Below are positions 19,989 to 30,212 of a stretch of 64,000 nt of DNA, piece after piece (position 1 is the stretch's first letter; every line of letters begins with the position of its first letter). Source of the stretch: an uncultured archaeon (GTDB lineage: Archaea > Asgardarchaeota > Lokiarchaeia > Sigyniarchaeales > SOKP01); the NCBI GenBank assembly GCA_964486045.1, contig CAZALK010000007.1:32001-96000 (forward strand). Reading direction: 5' to 3'. A program made the translations under genes and the position numbers. Below the pieces are notes generated by a model. It had not been told where the DNA came from. It did not search any database and saw only the letters and a list, made by a program, of their open reading frames with translations.

Positions 19989-20810
19989 TTGATTTTAGAA
20001 TTTAATAAATTAATGTGGATAAATATGGAATATAAGCATCTTTTGATTGAAAAGCGTGATGATCATATAGCTATAGTTACACTTAACCGTCCAGATCAGC
20101 TCAACGCACTCAATTCAACTTTAATGCGTGAAATTGAACAAGTAACAGGAGAATTTCAAAGAGATACAGAAACTCGTGTAGTAATCTTTACCGGTGCGGG
20201 TAAGTATTTTAGTGTGGGAGCAGATTTAAAAGAACAAAGAAGTCCTTCTACATTACTTGAACAAACAAGGGCCAAACAAATAGGACCAAGAATGATACGT
20301 AAAATATTTATGATTGACCAAATTACGATAGCTGCCATTAACGGTGGGGCTCTGGGCGGTGGAGCATGTATTGTTTCCGCATGTGATTTTCGAATTGGGG
20401 CTGAAGGTTGTATGTCAGGTTTTCCAGAATCTAGGTTAGGGATGAATTTATCATGGGTTTCTGTCCCTCTAGTGGTTCATTTAATAGGACCTACGTTTGC
20501 AAAAGAAATGATTATATTGGGTAAAAATAATGATGCCCAAACACTTCTTAAGTGGGGATTCATAAGTGAGATAGTACCAAGGGAGGGATTGTTAGAAAGG
20601 GCTATAGAGATTGCAAGAAACTATGTAGAAATGCCACCTATTCCTGCTCAGATGATAAAAAAAAGCATTAACCACATCATTGGTGCTCTAGATCAAGCAA
20701 TAATGCACATGGATGCGGATCAACATTCATTGACAATGAAAACAGAGGATTTAAGAGAAGGGATTGCTGCATTCTTTGGCAAGCGTAAAGGCAATTATAA
20801 AGGAAATTAA
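19989..20810 (+). CDS. enoyl-CoA hydratase/isomerase family protein
   Basis: TLNRPDQLNAL, FSVGADL, AAINGGALGGG, PESRLG and EGIAAF. The start may be the later Met (MEYKH). Confidence 0.92.
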   Translation: MILEFNKLMWINMEYKHLLIEKRDDHIAIVTLNRPDQLNALNSTLMREIEQVTGEFQRDTETRVVIFTGAGKYFSVGADLKEQRSPSTLLEQTRAKQIGPRMIRKIFMIDQITIAAINGGALGGGACIVSACDFRIGAEGCMSGFPESRLGMNLSWVSVPLVVHLIGPTFAKEMIILGKNNDAQTLLKWGFISEIVPREGLLERAIEIARNYVEMPPIPAQMIKKSINHIIGALDQAIMHMDADQHSLTMKTEDLREGIAAFFGKRKGNYKGN

Positions 20811-21035
20811 GAAGAATTATAGTTACAATATATTTTCCTTATTTTTTTTATTATATTACTTCAATTAGAAATCGATTATTCAAATTAAGAGACAAAAAAC
20901 ATGAAATTTTATATTTGAGAATAAAATATATTTAAAATAAAGAAATTATATAAATAATTAAATTGTTAATGTGATTTGAATAATCTTAACCAGAACATTT
21001 CTACCTAAATTACAATTTATTTTCGGAGAGGAAAA

Positions 21036-21695
21036 TTGAAGAGCATCCGGAAAACTATAAGGAATTGGAAACAATATGGAGAACTTTCAGATTTAGGTGA
21101 AATTTCTCGTCGTAAGTTTTTTAACAATTGCTTTGATGGAGCATTAACTTGTGCTGGTATTGTTAGTGGTATATTTATAATATTTCTGGGTCCAAAATCA
21201 GATCTATTTACCCCTCAAAATGTCTTGATTACAGGCATTATGACGACCATTGCGATTGGTCTCTCTGGGTTGTGGGGGGCTTTCCTGTCTGAGGAGGCTG
21301 AGCGTAGGAAAAAGTTATCAGATATGAAAAGAGATATGGCAATCATTGAGGATACAATTGAGGTTGCTGAAGAAGGTAACGGTAAGAAGAAAAATAAAGT
21401 TCCCAAAACGCTCCTCGAAAAAGCTGAGAGTTTTGCTACTATTGTTGCATCTCTGGTAGATGGGGGTGCTCCTGCCGTCGGTAGTCTGCTTCCACTAATT
21501 CCATTTTTCTTTGGGGCGACGTTAACGATTATGCATTTTATGTTTTCCTATGTTATTCTTGCGGGGTTACTCGTATATTTAGGAATATTTTTAGGAAATA
21601 TTTCGGGGGGAGGAAAATTAAGATATGCACTCCACTTAGTAACTGCTGGGGTAGTAACATTGTTAATTAGTTTATTGCTTGGTCAAATAACTTAA
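21036..21695 (+). CDS. VIT1/CCC1-like membrane transporter
   Basis: RRKFFNNCFDG, SGLWGAFLSEEAER and LPLIPF with TM segments. Confidence 0.8.
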   Translation: MKSIRKTIRNWKQYGELSDLGEISRRKFFNNCFDGALTCAGIVSGIFIIFLGPKSDLFTPQNVLITGIMTTIAIGLSGLWGAFLSEEAERRKKLSDMKRDMAIIEDTIEVAEEGNGKKKNKVPKTLLEKAESFATIVASLVDGGAPAVGSLLPLIPFFFGATLTIMHFMFSYVILAGLLVYLGIFLGNISGGGKLRYALHLVTAGVVTLLISLLLGQIT

Positions 21696-21751
21696 AAATA
21701 CCCCATGTAAGATTTTTTATTTTATTATTATATTTGTGAATAAAAGGAACG

Positions 21752-22321
21752 GTGGATATAATGGACAGAGGGATACTCTTCTTGGCTAATGAAGTAGCAT
21801 TAGACGTATATAGGGGAGCTATGAACGGTCTAAAGAGAAGTTATTTAAAACGGGGGTTTGTTTTAGTAGAATTGTTTGATACATTGGTATTTCGTGGGGA
21901 TTTAAGCGTATTAGGGAACTTTACGGAGGATCATATGCAATCTTTTGATGAGAAACAGGCTCTTGGGAGAGAGTTCCTATTCGTAATTGGAGGTTCTCTT
22001 GATGATGCGTTAAGAGAAGAACTTAATAAATTTCCTATGTTTAATTATGGATATTGGAAGATCTATGATATACCAGCACTCATATTATTAATTCATAAAG
22101 GTTCCAAAACACAAGACTATAATAACATATTAAGACAATCTGGGGCCAAAGAAATATTTGAATCGTCATATATAATTAATAGCAATGTTTTAGAATTTAT
22201 AAACCAGCAGTTTGAGGTAGAGGAAGATTCAAATACATGTTTTACAACATTCAGATGCTATCCTATAGGTGGAGTAGTTTCTGTAGATACATGGAAAAAC
22301 TCTTTCTATAAAGTTTATTAG
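21752..22321 (+). CDS. hypothetical protein
   Basis: 189-aa ORF, no recognised motif. Confidence 0.55.
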   Translation: MDIMDRGILFLANEVALDVYRGAMNGLKRSYLKRGFVLVELFDTLVFRGDLSVLGNFTEDHMQSFDEKQALGREFLFVIGGSLDDALREELNKFPMFNYGYWKIYDIPALILLIHKGSKTQDYNNILRQSGAKEIFESSYIINSNVLEFINQQFEVEEDSNTCFTTFRCYPIGGVVSVDTWKNSFYKVY

Positions 22322-22434
22322 ATTATTTAGACTCTACATAAATTTTTAGATGGTTCTTAGCTTTTTTTATTTGGTAAATTTTATCTTTTAAGTTTCATTT
22401 TTATTATCATAATTAAAGAACGACGAGATTAGAT

Positions 22435-23241
22435 TTGAAAGCATTTATAGGAATAGATATTGGCTCATTAGCAACCAAGATTGCTTTACTTGATAATGAA
22501 AATTTGTTGGATTTCCGAACAGAGAGATCTACCTACGACTTTAAGAGAATAGGGCTCAATTTGTTTAATGATATCCTAGAAGCAAACAATCTAAGCAGAG
22601 ATGAAGTTTTTGTTATGTCGACTGGCTACGGTCGGAACACAATCGAATTCGCTGATGATCGAATTACTGAAATAACAGCCCACGCAAGAGGAGTACAGTT
22701 CTTCTTTCCAAAGACTCACTCTGTGATAGACATTGGCGGTCAAGATAGTAAAGCCATTTTGATATCAGAAAAGACGGGGAATGTGATTGACTTTCAGATG
22801 AATGATAAATTTAGAATTTAAATTTTAAAGTCAAAATGCGCTGCCGGCACAGGCAGGTTTTTGGAAGTCATGGCAAATGCCCTTGAAGTCCCCATTGAGG
22901 ATATTGGAGGATTAGGTCTACAATCAAATAACCCAGCGTCAATAAGTTCTACATGTACAGTTTTTGCTGAATCTGAAGTTATTTCACTTTTTGCAAAAGG
23001 AACCAAGAAAGAAAATATAGCCTCAGGGATTCATAAATCCATTGCAAGAAGAGTTGCAGGCATGGCTAAACGTATAGGTGTAGCTCCTTTACTAGTTTTT
23101 TGTGGAGGTGTAGCCAAGAATATAGCTGTTAAAAAATTCCTAGAAGATGAGTTAGGATTTGAAATAGTTACTCCTGATCAACCAGAACTGACTGGAGCCA
23201 TCGGAGCAGCCTTAATTGCTCAAAAAAATAATGGTGACTAA
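22435..23241 (+). CDS. 2-hydroxyacyl-CoA dehydratase activator (HgdC/BadFG ATPase), split by a 27-nt intervening sequence
   Basis: GIDIGS, STGYGR, EITAHARG, IDIGGQDSK, DFQMNDK-[27 nt]-CAAGTGRFLE, ISSTCTVFAESE, GGVAKN and GAIGAA. Both halves are in the same frame; the joined product is 259 aa. Confidence 0.92.
22809..22835 (+). other. candidate bulge-helix-bulge (tRNA-type) intron in mRNA
   Basis: UGAU/GUCA 4-bp central helix, two AAA bulges, 8-bp inner stem UUUAGAAU/AUUUUAAA with a UUAA loop. It contains an in-frame TAA, and its removal gives GAT AAA TGC (D-K-C). Confidence 0.8.
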
Positions 23242-23326
23242 ATTTTTTTTGCATTTATTCTTTATATCAAGAAATTTTATGAGCAATTAACTCCTTTTTG
23301 ATTATTAATTCAACATTATTTTATTT

Positions 23327-24463
23327 ATGAAAATGGCCAATTCTGAGCTCTTATCGGAATATTATATATACCTTAAGGAAAAGAAGGAAAAGGGTAAAAA
23401 AATTGTAGCTTTTATGTCTCATGATAATATTCCTGAAGAATTAATAGACGCTGCGGGATTTGTTCCCTTAAGGATGATTTTTGCGGGAAATGATGAATTA
23501 ATGGATGCTAGTCATGATTTCCTCTCTCCGTCAACTTGTGCATTCGCTCAATCTTGTATAGGGGCGTTTTCCATTAAACCAGACAAATATAAGTTTGTAG
23601 AATTAATTGATTATTTTATTGTCTCAAATCATTGTGTTTCAGATATATGTGCTTCTGAAGTTATAGCCAAATACTTTAACATACCCCGCTTAAATTTTTA
23701 TGTTTCATACACTAACACTGAGAGTAGTTTAAAATATTTTAAAATTGAGTTATTAGAATTAAAAGCACAACTTGAAGAGATAAAAGAAACCAAAATAGAT
23801 GCTCAAGATTTAATAAATAGTATTAAGAATTATAATAGTCTTAAGCAAAAGTTATTAGAATTAAGCAATTTAGCAGTGGAGGGGTCTCAGAAGTTAAAGA
23901 TTTTACAAAAAGCGATGTTATACGGACCAGATATCCTTCCTGAATTAGAAACACTTATTCAAGAAAAGAAAAATATCCATAAACCAAGCCATTCCAAAGA
24001 TATTTTACTTACTGGTTGTTCTATTTTCATTGATGATTACTTAAATGAATTAATTGAAGAGGGTGGTGGCAACGTGATCTTTTTTGATACATGGGTTGGC
24101 TTTAATTATTATTCCCAAATCTTTGAAGAAAATGTGCTAGATTCTTCAAAAGATCCGATTGACTTAATAACCCATCGATTTAAGAGAAATATTTATGGAG
24201 ATCATTCAGTTCCTAACTTTTTGGAGAGTAAGATTTCACAAATAGAAACATATTCGAAGAACTATACAAATAAAACGGGAAAGAAAATAGGTGTTATAAA
24301 TCACATTATTAAGTTTTGTGACCATATGTCTATTATGTCCTCACATTTAAAAAACCTATTACAGGAAAAGGGTATTTCAGTATTGAACCTTGAACGAGAT
24401 TATTCTAGAGCCAATAGAGGACAGTTATCAACAAGAATAGAAGCATTTATAGAGATGTTGTGA
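23327..24463 (+). CDS. 2-hydroxyacyl-CoA dehydratase subunit (HgdB/BcrC-like)
   Basis: PEELIDAAGFVP, TCAF, KFCD and GQLSTRIEAFIEML. Confidence 0.88.
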   Translation: MKMANSELLSEYYIYLKEKKEKGKKIVAFMSHDNIPEELIDAAGFVPLRMIFAGNDELMDASHDFLSPSTCAFAQSCIGAFSIKPDKYKFVELIDYFIVSNHCVSDICASEVIAKYFNIPRLNFYVSYTNTESSLKYFKIELLELKAQLEEIKETKIDAQDLINSIKNYNSLKQKLLELSNLAVEGSQKLKILQKAMLYGPDILPELETLIQEKKNIHKPSHSKDILLTGCSIFIDDYLNELIEEGGGNVIFFDTWVGFNYYSQIFEENVLDSSKDPIDLITHRFKRNIYGDHSVPNFLESKISQIETYSKNYTNKTGKKIGVINHIIKFCDHMSIMSSHLKNLLQEKGISVLNLERDYSRANRGQLSTRIEAFIEML

Positions 24464-25827
24464 AAAAGATGAGTTTAGTAGCGGATGAATTGATAAGATT
24501 TTCCTCTGTTTTAAAGATAACCCATAATCTTTTAATGGGAAGAGATTACCTTAAGAAAAAAAAGTTTAGAGAGAAAAAGAAGTTAATAGCCGTAGCCTTA
24601 CCTCTTTCGGACTTAGTTTATTCTTTCCCAGATTTAATTCCAATATTACCAATACGAATGCATGAATTTGATGTTCAAAAATATTTCAAATATTTAGGTT
24701 CTGCTTCAAATATTGTTGGGTGGGACGGTGTTTCTAGCCTTTTAGGTTTTTTGAAAAAACTAGGTTTAAAAAATGTCAGCCAAACCATCGATGATACAAT
24801 TGAAAATGTAATCGATGCCATAACCAACAAATATAATGAAATGTATGACTTAGGTGAAGAAAGTGGAATCCCCACGGATTTTTGTTACGGTGTTAAAACG
24901 CTCTACGGAATGAATGTATCAAAAGGAAAGAACTGTGCTGCGAATTTAAATTATACTATACGATGTAGTGCTTGGAATAAATATTTAGAATCATTAAAAA
25001 CAATTGGAAATCATTCTAAGCAAATTTGGATTGAAATTCCTCCAAGGAATATAGGAAATACATTAGAACTTTTTATTGATAACATAAACAATGGGATAAA
25101 TGAGTTAGAGAAAATTAGCGATCACGGTTATAGTGATAAAGTCTTTAGAGATCATCTACAAACTGCCAATCAAATACGTCAGTCTTACAAAGATATTATT
25201 TATGAAATAAGTACTTCGGATTTTTATCCATGCAATCCAGCAACCTTTAGTGAAATTCTCGCGTTATTAAATATTAGCTTTCATGATTACAATTCAAATG
25301 CTACTCGATTTAAAGATAATATTGCTTCTTTATTAAATGAGATGAGAGGGAGGGTAAGAAAAGGCATTGGGATGGATGTTTCCGGAATGCCCAAAATATT
25401 AATTACACCCATGTTCGGTGGTTGGGAACCGAAGACGCATCGGATAATCGCGGAGAAGAATGGGAGAGCTTTGTACGGAGACTGGGATATGTTAGGTTTC
25501 TTAGACCATGTCCCGATAACAAATCGTGTTGATCCTGTTGAGGCTTATGCGAGATTTTTGATGGATATTACTGCAAACGGAATAGGCTGTGACAATAACA
25601 CGCTTACAGATTCATATGTAAGATTAGCTAAGAACCTAAATGTAGATGGATTGGTTTTTGTGCAGGTCTTTGGGTGTCACTCTATATCAAATTGCTATCC
25701 CATGCTAAAACAAAAAATTCATTCAGAATTGGAGATACCAACAATATCCTTGACTTTTAATAAAATGGGGGAAAATTTAGAGCAAGTTCGTACCAGACTC
25801 GGTGCATTCATGGAGATGTACAAATAA
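24460..25827 (+). CDS. 2-hydroxyacyl-CoA dehydratase subunit (HgdA/B family)
   Basis: DFCY, RC, VDGLVF...GCHS and QVRTRLGAFMEM; overlaps the previous gene (GTGA). Confidence 0.82.
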   Translation: MKKMSLVADELIRFSSVLKITHNLLMGRDYLKKKKFREKKKLIAVALPLSDLVYSFPDLIPILPIRMHEFDVQKYFKYLGSASNIVGWDGVSSLLGFLKKLGLKNVSQTIDDTIENVIDAITNKYNEMYDLGEESGIPTDFCYGVKTLYGMNVSKGKNCAANLNYTIRCSAWNKYLESLKTIGNHSKQIWIEIPPRNIGNTLELFIDNINNGINELEKISDHGYSDKVFRDHLQTANQIRQSYKDIIYEISTSDFYPCNPATFSEILALLNISFHDYNSNATRFKDNIASLLNEMRGRVRKGIGMDVSGMPKILITPMFGGWEPKTHRIIAEKNGRALYGDWDMLGFLDHVPITNRVDPVEAYARFLMDITANGIGCDNNTLTDSYVRLAKNLNVDGLVFVQVFGCHSISNCYPMLKQKIHSELEIPTISLTFNKMGENLEQVRTRLGAFMEMYK

Positions 25828-26264
25828 ATCTCTACCATATTTACAAATTTATTCCGGAGTGAATCAGCAATAATAGAGATTAAAGCATTTTTTCACTTTA
25901 TATAACTTCAGTTTGTAGTGAACTTTGGCTCAAGATTTCTTAAAGACATAAAGGTCTATAAGAATTTCACTCTTCTTCAAATCTCTTTCTTTTTCAGAAA
26001 ATTAGTTTCCAAGAAAATAAGTATAATCCTTGATGAACTTACTTTTTAATGAAATAAGCCGTTAATTAGCTTTCAGAATTTTGGCTATATAATTTAAATA
26101 AATCTATAATACCCTAAAGAATAGTAAAGATTTGTAATACTCATAAAAATATAACTAATTGCAACTAGATAATTTAAAGGAAAAATTTATCATTAACTCT
26201 TGAAGTTAACTAAAAAAGATATGAGCCTCCTAAAGACTTATTGATTAAATAGACAATACTTGGG

Positions 26265-26681
26265 CTAAGGAGCAATTATATGAGAACTAATTAAAATTAA
26301 TTCATCCCCAACTAATTTAATACTCTTATCAGATACTCGATATTTATAGTGAAAAAATCGATAGAACGAATCTTCTAATAACTCCTCCTCTTCTGGAGCC
26401 GGTTTCTCCCAACTACTTGAATCATAAAATAACACATCACCCTTTACGATAGTATAATCTTCTATTAAATCTTTAACGTCTATACCATAATGATCATTCC
26501 AGTATTTAGCATCTTGTTCTGGGATTGAGAATAATCTTGCATTGCTCTCATCGATACCAAGGTCATCAAATAAATATTCTAGACGAGATATTATATAATT
26601 TTCCAAAAACTCTCTATTTTCAATCTCAGGAGTGACTTTTTTTAATGCTAAAATAACGGACGACGACAATTCGACGGGCAA
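26265..26681 (-). CDS. acidic hypothetical protein in inserted segment
   Basis: 138-aa ORF on the opposite strand, between the duplicated dehydratase 3' ends. Confidence 0.5.
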   Translation of the reverse strand: MPVELSSSVILALKKVTPEIENREFLENYIISRLEYLFDDLGIDESNARLFSIPEQDAKYWNDHYGIDVKDLIEDYTIVKGDVLFYDSSSWEKPAPEEEELLEDSFYRFFHYKYRVSDKSIKLVGDELILISSHIIAP

Positions 26682-26985
26682 GATAATTATTTTTCAGTCA
26701 ACTTTTCTATTTTGCTTTATAGGGGGTATAATAGTATTATAACTTTTAAATTATATGAAATAGAACAATTTACCTTTAAAAAGATTTTCTTTAATTTTTA
26801 ATACTTGTCATTTACTTTTTCTTAAGTTCACTAAATAGTGAATCAAATTTTATTAAAAAATTATGAAAAAATTCTAAACTTTAACTACTTTTATAATGAT
26901 TAAAAAAGACTAAAAATAGTTTTGCTTTATACTCTTTGATGACTTGAATTTTAGAATGGACAATATAACTAATGACTTTAGAAAA

Positions 26986-27351
26986 GGAAGAGCCTTGTAC
27001 GGTGACTGGGATATGCTACGATTTTTGGATAATATTCCAATTTCAAACAGAACCGACCCAGTTGAAGAATACGCTAAATTCTTAATGAACATAACTGCAA
27101 ATGGAATTGGGTGTGACAACGATACATTAACTGATTCATACGTAAGATTAGCTAAGAATTTAAAGGTTGATGGGCTTGTATTTGTACAAGTATTTGGATG
27201 TCATTCTGTATCAAATTGTTATCCTATGTTAAAAGAAAAGATACGTAATGAATTAGAGATACCAAGTATATCCCTTACTTTTAATAAAATGGGAGAAAAT
27301 GTGGAACAAATTAGCACAAGGCTCGGTGCATTCATGGAAATGTACAGATAA
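26986..27351 (+). pseudogene. 3' fragment duplicate of the 24460-25827 dehydratase subunit
   Basis: 121 codons colinear with 25462-25827, about 84% aa identity by manual count; no N-terminal part. Confidence 0.85.
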
Positions 27352-27399
27352 ATTATTCTTTGGTTAATTAGGCACATAAAAGCTTGAAAATGGAGAATT

Positions 27400-28116
27400 A
27401 TGACAAATGAAATAAAAAGAAACAAAAAGAATAATCCCATCTATATAATTGATAATTTTTCAGTTAACTTTCAAACAGATCGATTAAGAAGCTTGGTGGA
27501 AATTTTTAGTCAAAAGATCCCTGATACTAGTGTGAAGGTTATCCATTATTCTCAAGTCAATATGGATATTTTGAAGTCTAGCAGTGGGATAATTCTCACA
27601 GGCTCAGAAATCAATGTATCTGAGTTTTATGACAATAAAACCTTACGAAACAAATTTAAATTAGTGCTAAAACTAATTAAAAAAGCTAAAAACATACCAA
27701 TATTAGCAATTTGTTTTGGTTTCCATTTAACTGGCTTTGCCTTTAATGGGAAAGTATATCGAATGAGTAACCCCCACGATGGTGGAAGAATCATCCCACT
27801 TTTGTTAAACAAAACTGATAAGTTGATTGGGCATAAAAAAATATGTGTAGATATTCAACACCGAGACTTTATACCCCCAGATGACCGTCAAATACTAAAG
27901 AAATTTGAAATAATTACAACTAAAGTTCTTTATGGTTATAATACAATCCAATATATGCGTCATATAATTAGACCAATTTATTCAGTTCAATTTCATCCTG
28001 AAACTCACCTTGTAAATCATACCTATAGAAATCAAGAGGATGTAGAAATTATTGAAAAAGCACAACAACACGGGGCAGAAATTATAATAAATTTTGTAAA
28101 TATCTGTAATCAATAA
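27400..28116 (+). CDS. class I glutamine amidotransferase (GuaA-like)
   Basis: IIDNF, GIILTGS, PILAICFGFH and VQFHPE (Cys-His-Glu triad). Confidence 0.88.
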   Translation: MTNEIKRNKKNNPIYIIDNFSVNFQTDRLRSLVEIFSQKIPDTSVKVIHYSQVNMDILKSSSGIILTGSEINVSEFYDNKTLRNKFKLVLKLIKKAKNIPILAICFGFHLTGFAFNGKVYRMSNPHDGGRIIPLLLNKTDKLIGHKKICVDIQHRDFIPPDDRQILKKFEIITTKVLYGYNTIQYMRHIIRPIYSVQFHPETHLVNHTYRNQEDVEIIEKAQQHGAEIIINFVNICNQ

Positions 28117-28243
28117 AATATAGCAAAAACTAATGTTTTATTGGCACGATTCTCAAAAATTTTAATACCAACATATGATTTATAAACCAATGTAGAATCT
28201 TAAAAAACAGTATAATCTGAACCTTTTTGGAGATTTTTATAGA

Positions 28244-29599
28244 ATGAGCATATATGCCGATGATGTTGTAAGTTTTACTTCAGTGTTGAAAATTGCTTAT
28301 AATTTCTTAACAGGAAGAGACTATTTACAAAAAAAAAGGAATAATGAAAAAAAAAAGTTAATTTCGGTGGCTTTAGGCTTGCCAGACCTAGTTTTTGCGG
28401 CAGATTCCATTCCCGTATTTCCAATTCGATTGGAGAAATTTAAACTTAATTTATATCTAATAGCCCTGAATACGGCAAAAAACTTATTTGGGTGGGATAT
28501 AACAACAAACCTCTTAGGTATTGCGCGTCAACTTGATTTCTTAAAAATAGTTGATACGATAATAAATGATGTAATAAGCACCATAAATGTTAAATACAAT
28601 AAAATGTATGAGTTAGGAATAAAGGATAGCAAAGCTTCTGAATTATGTTATGGCGTGCACTCTATTTATGGAATGCATAAATCTCAATATGAGAATTTAG
28701 ATGCAAACTTAAATTTTACATTGCGGTGTGATGAATGTAATACTTATTCTGGATCTTTGAAAACTATGATACCAAATCAAATTTGGGTTAATATTCCACA
28801 AGAGAGAGATGGAAAAGTTTTAGATATAATGAAGAATAATATTGAACAGGCTATAGTTGAATTAGAGCTTACTACAGGCAATATTGTGACTGACAACAGT
28901 TTAAAAAAACAATTCCGTATTGGAAACCAAGTTAAGAGATATTATAGAACAATTCTACATGAAATTGGTGAATCAGACTTTTATCCTTGTAACCCTGCGA
29001 CATTCGCTGAAATTCTAGGGCTTCTTACAATTTCATTTCAGGATTATAATTCTAATGCTCAGAGATATTTAGAAAACTTAAGTCAATTAGTAAAAGAGAT
29101 GAGAGAAAGAATAAAGAAGGGCATAGGTATGGATGTTTCAAACACCCCTCGACTGCTCATCTCCCCAATATTTAATGGATGGGAGCCAGCAATTCATGAA
29201 ATTATATATAAATTTGGTGGTAGATCCATTTATGCTGATTGGGATGTTTTAGGATTACTGGATGAGATTCAAGTTTCGAAAGATTCAGATCCCATAGAAG
29301 ACTATGCTCGATATCTTTTAAATGCTTCATATAAGGGAATTCAATGTTTAAAAAATTGCGCTACACTAGCTAATTCATATTCAGGATACATTAAAAAACG
29401 AGGGTTTGATGGAGTCATTTTCAATCAAGTCTCGGACTGTTATTCAAATTACTCAAGCTGTTATGAATTATTAAAAAATAAAATAAGGAATGAATTGAGA
29501 AAACCGACAGTTGTAGTAAAGTTTAAGAAAATAGGGGAAAATATAGAAGAAGTAAAGACTAAATTGACTCCTTTTATGAATAGGTTTACAAAACCTTAA
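28244..29599 (+). CDS. 2-hydroxyacyl-CoA dehydratase subunit paralog
   Basis: Full-length paralog of 24460-25827 (shared DFYPCNPATF and KGIGMDVS). Confidence 0.8.
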   Translation: MSIYADDVVSFTSVLKIAYNFLTGRDYLQKKRNNEKKKLISVALGLPDLVFAADSIPVFPIRLEKFKLNLYLIALNTAKNLFGWDITTNLLGIARQLDFLKIVDTIINDVISTINVKYNKMYELGIKDSKASELCYGVHSIYGMHKSQYENLDANLNFTLRCDECNTYSGSLKTMIPNQIWVNIPQERDGKVLDIMKNNIEQAIVELELTTGNIVTDNSLKKQFRIGNQVKRYYRTILHEIGESDFYPCNPATFAEILGLLTISFQDYNSNAQRYLENLSQLVKEMRERIKKGIGMDVSNTPRLLISPIFNGWEPAIHEIIYKFGGRSIYADWDVLGLLDEIQVSKDSDPIEDYARYLLNASYKGIQCLKNCATLANSYSGYIKKRGFDGVIFNQVSDCYSNYSSCYELLKNKIRNELRKPTVVVKFKKIGENIEEVKTKLTPFMNRFTKP

Positions 29600-30212
29600 T
29601 TACATGCCAAAGAAATCTGATGGTTTTAACAGATGTTGACCCTCTTCCTCTTCCTTTTTTCTTTTATCTATTTCTGCTTGGTCACTGGGATCAACCCATT
29701 CTTCCTCACTACCTGCTGCCTTTGCACCACCAGGACGTTTAAGACCTGGGGGATTTAAGTTGGTACCTGCGGAAATTTGTTCAGGTTGTTGTGCAACAGA
29801 TCCAGCTTGAGTAGGTACATAAGTTATTCCTCCAGATTTCAAGAATTTTAATTCACTCATAACTTTTTCTAAATTCATTGTTTGTACACTTTTATTCATC
29901 GTATCCATTATTTCTTTTAAGGATTTTGACGTTTCTCGTAGACCTTTTGGGTTAATTCCTGTTAATAATGAATCTAAATTCGCAGTGATACTTTCATTTA
30001 ACTCACCTAACGATTCCAATACAGTGCTCCAATGTTTATTCATCTGAGATTCAATGGCGCTAATCATCTTGATAGTTTCATTCATGAAATTCGCGGGATC
30101 ACGAAATCAGGCGTAACCCTTTCACGTGCGCCTCGTATCTCTCCTCGTCCTTCGCACGTAAATCTGATATCAACATTATCAGTTTACGTAAAGCATCTTT
30201 CTCTTCACTCAT
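29600..30212 (-). CDS. hypothetical helical protein, frame-broken near 30100
   Basis: Upstream ORF MSEEKDALRK...KGLRLIS* (30212-30099) continues in the +1 frame into ORF 30085-29600. Confidence 0.6.

Noticed and set aside
22818-23241. Treating 22435-22821 and 22861-23241 as two genes or a simple pseudogene
   Set aside because: Both halves are in one frame and fully conserved, and the break is a precisely excisable structured insert.
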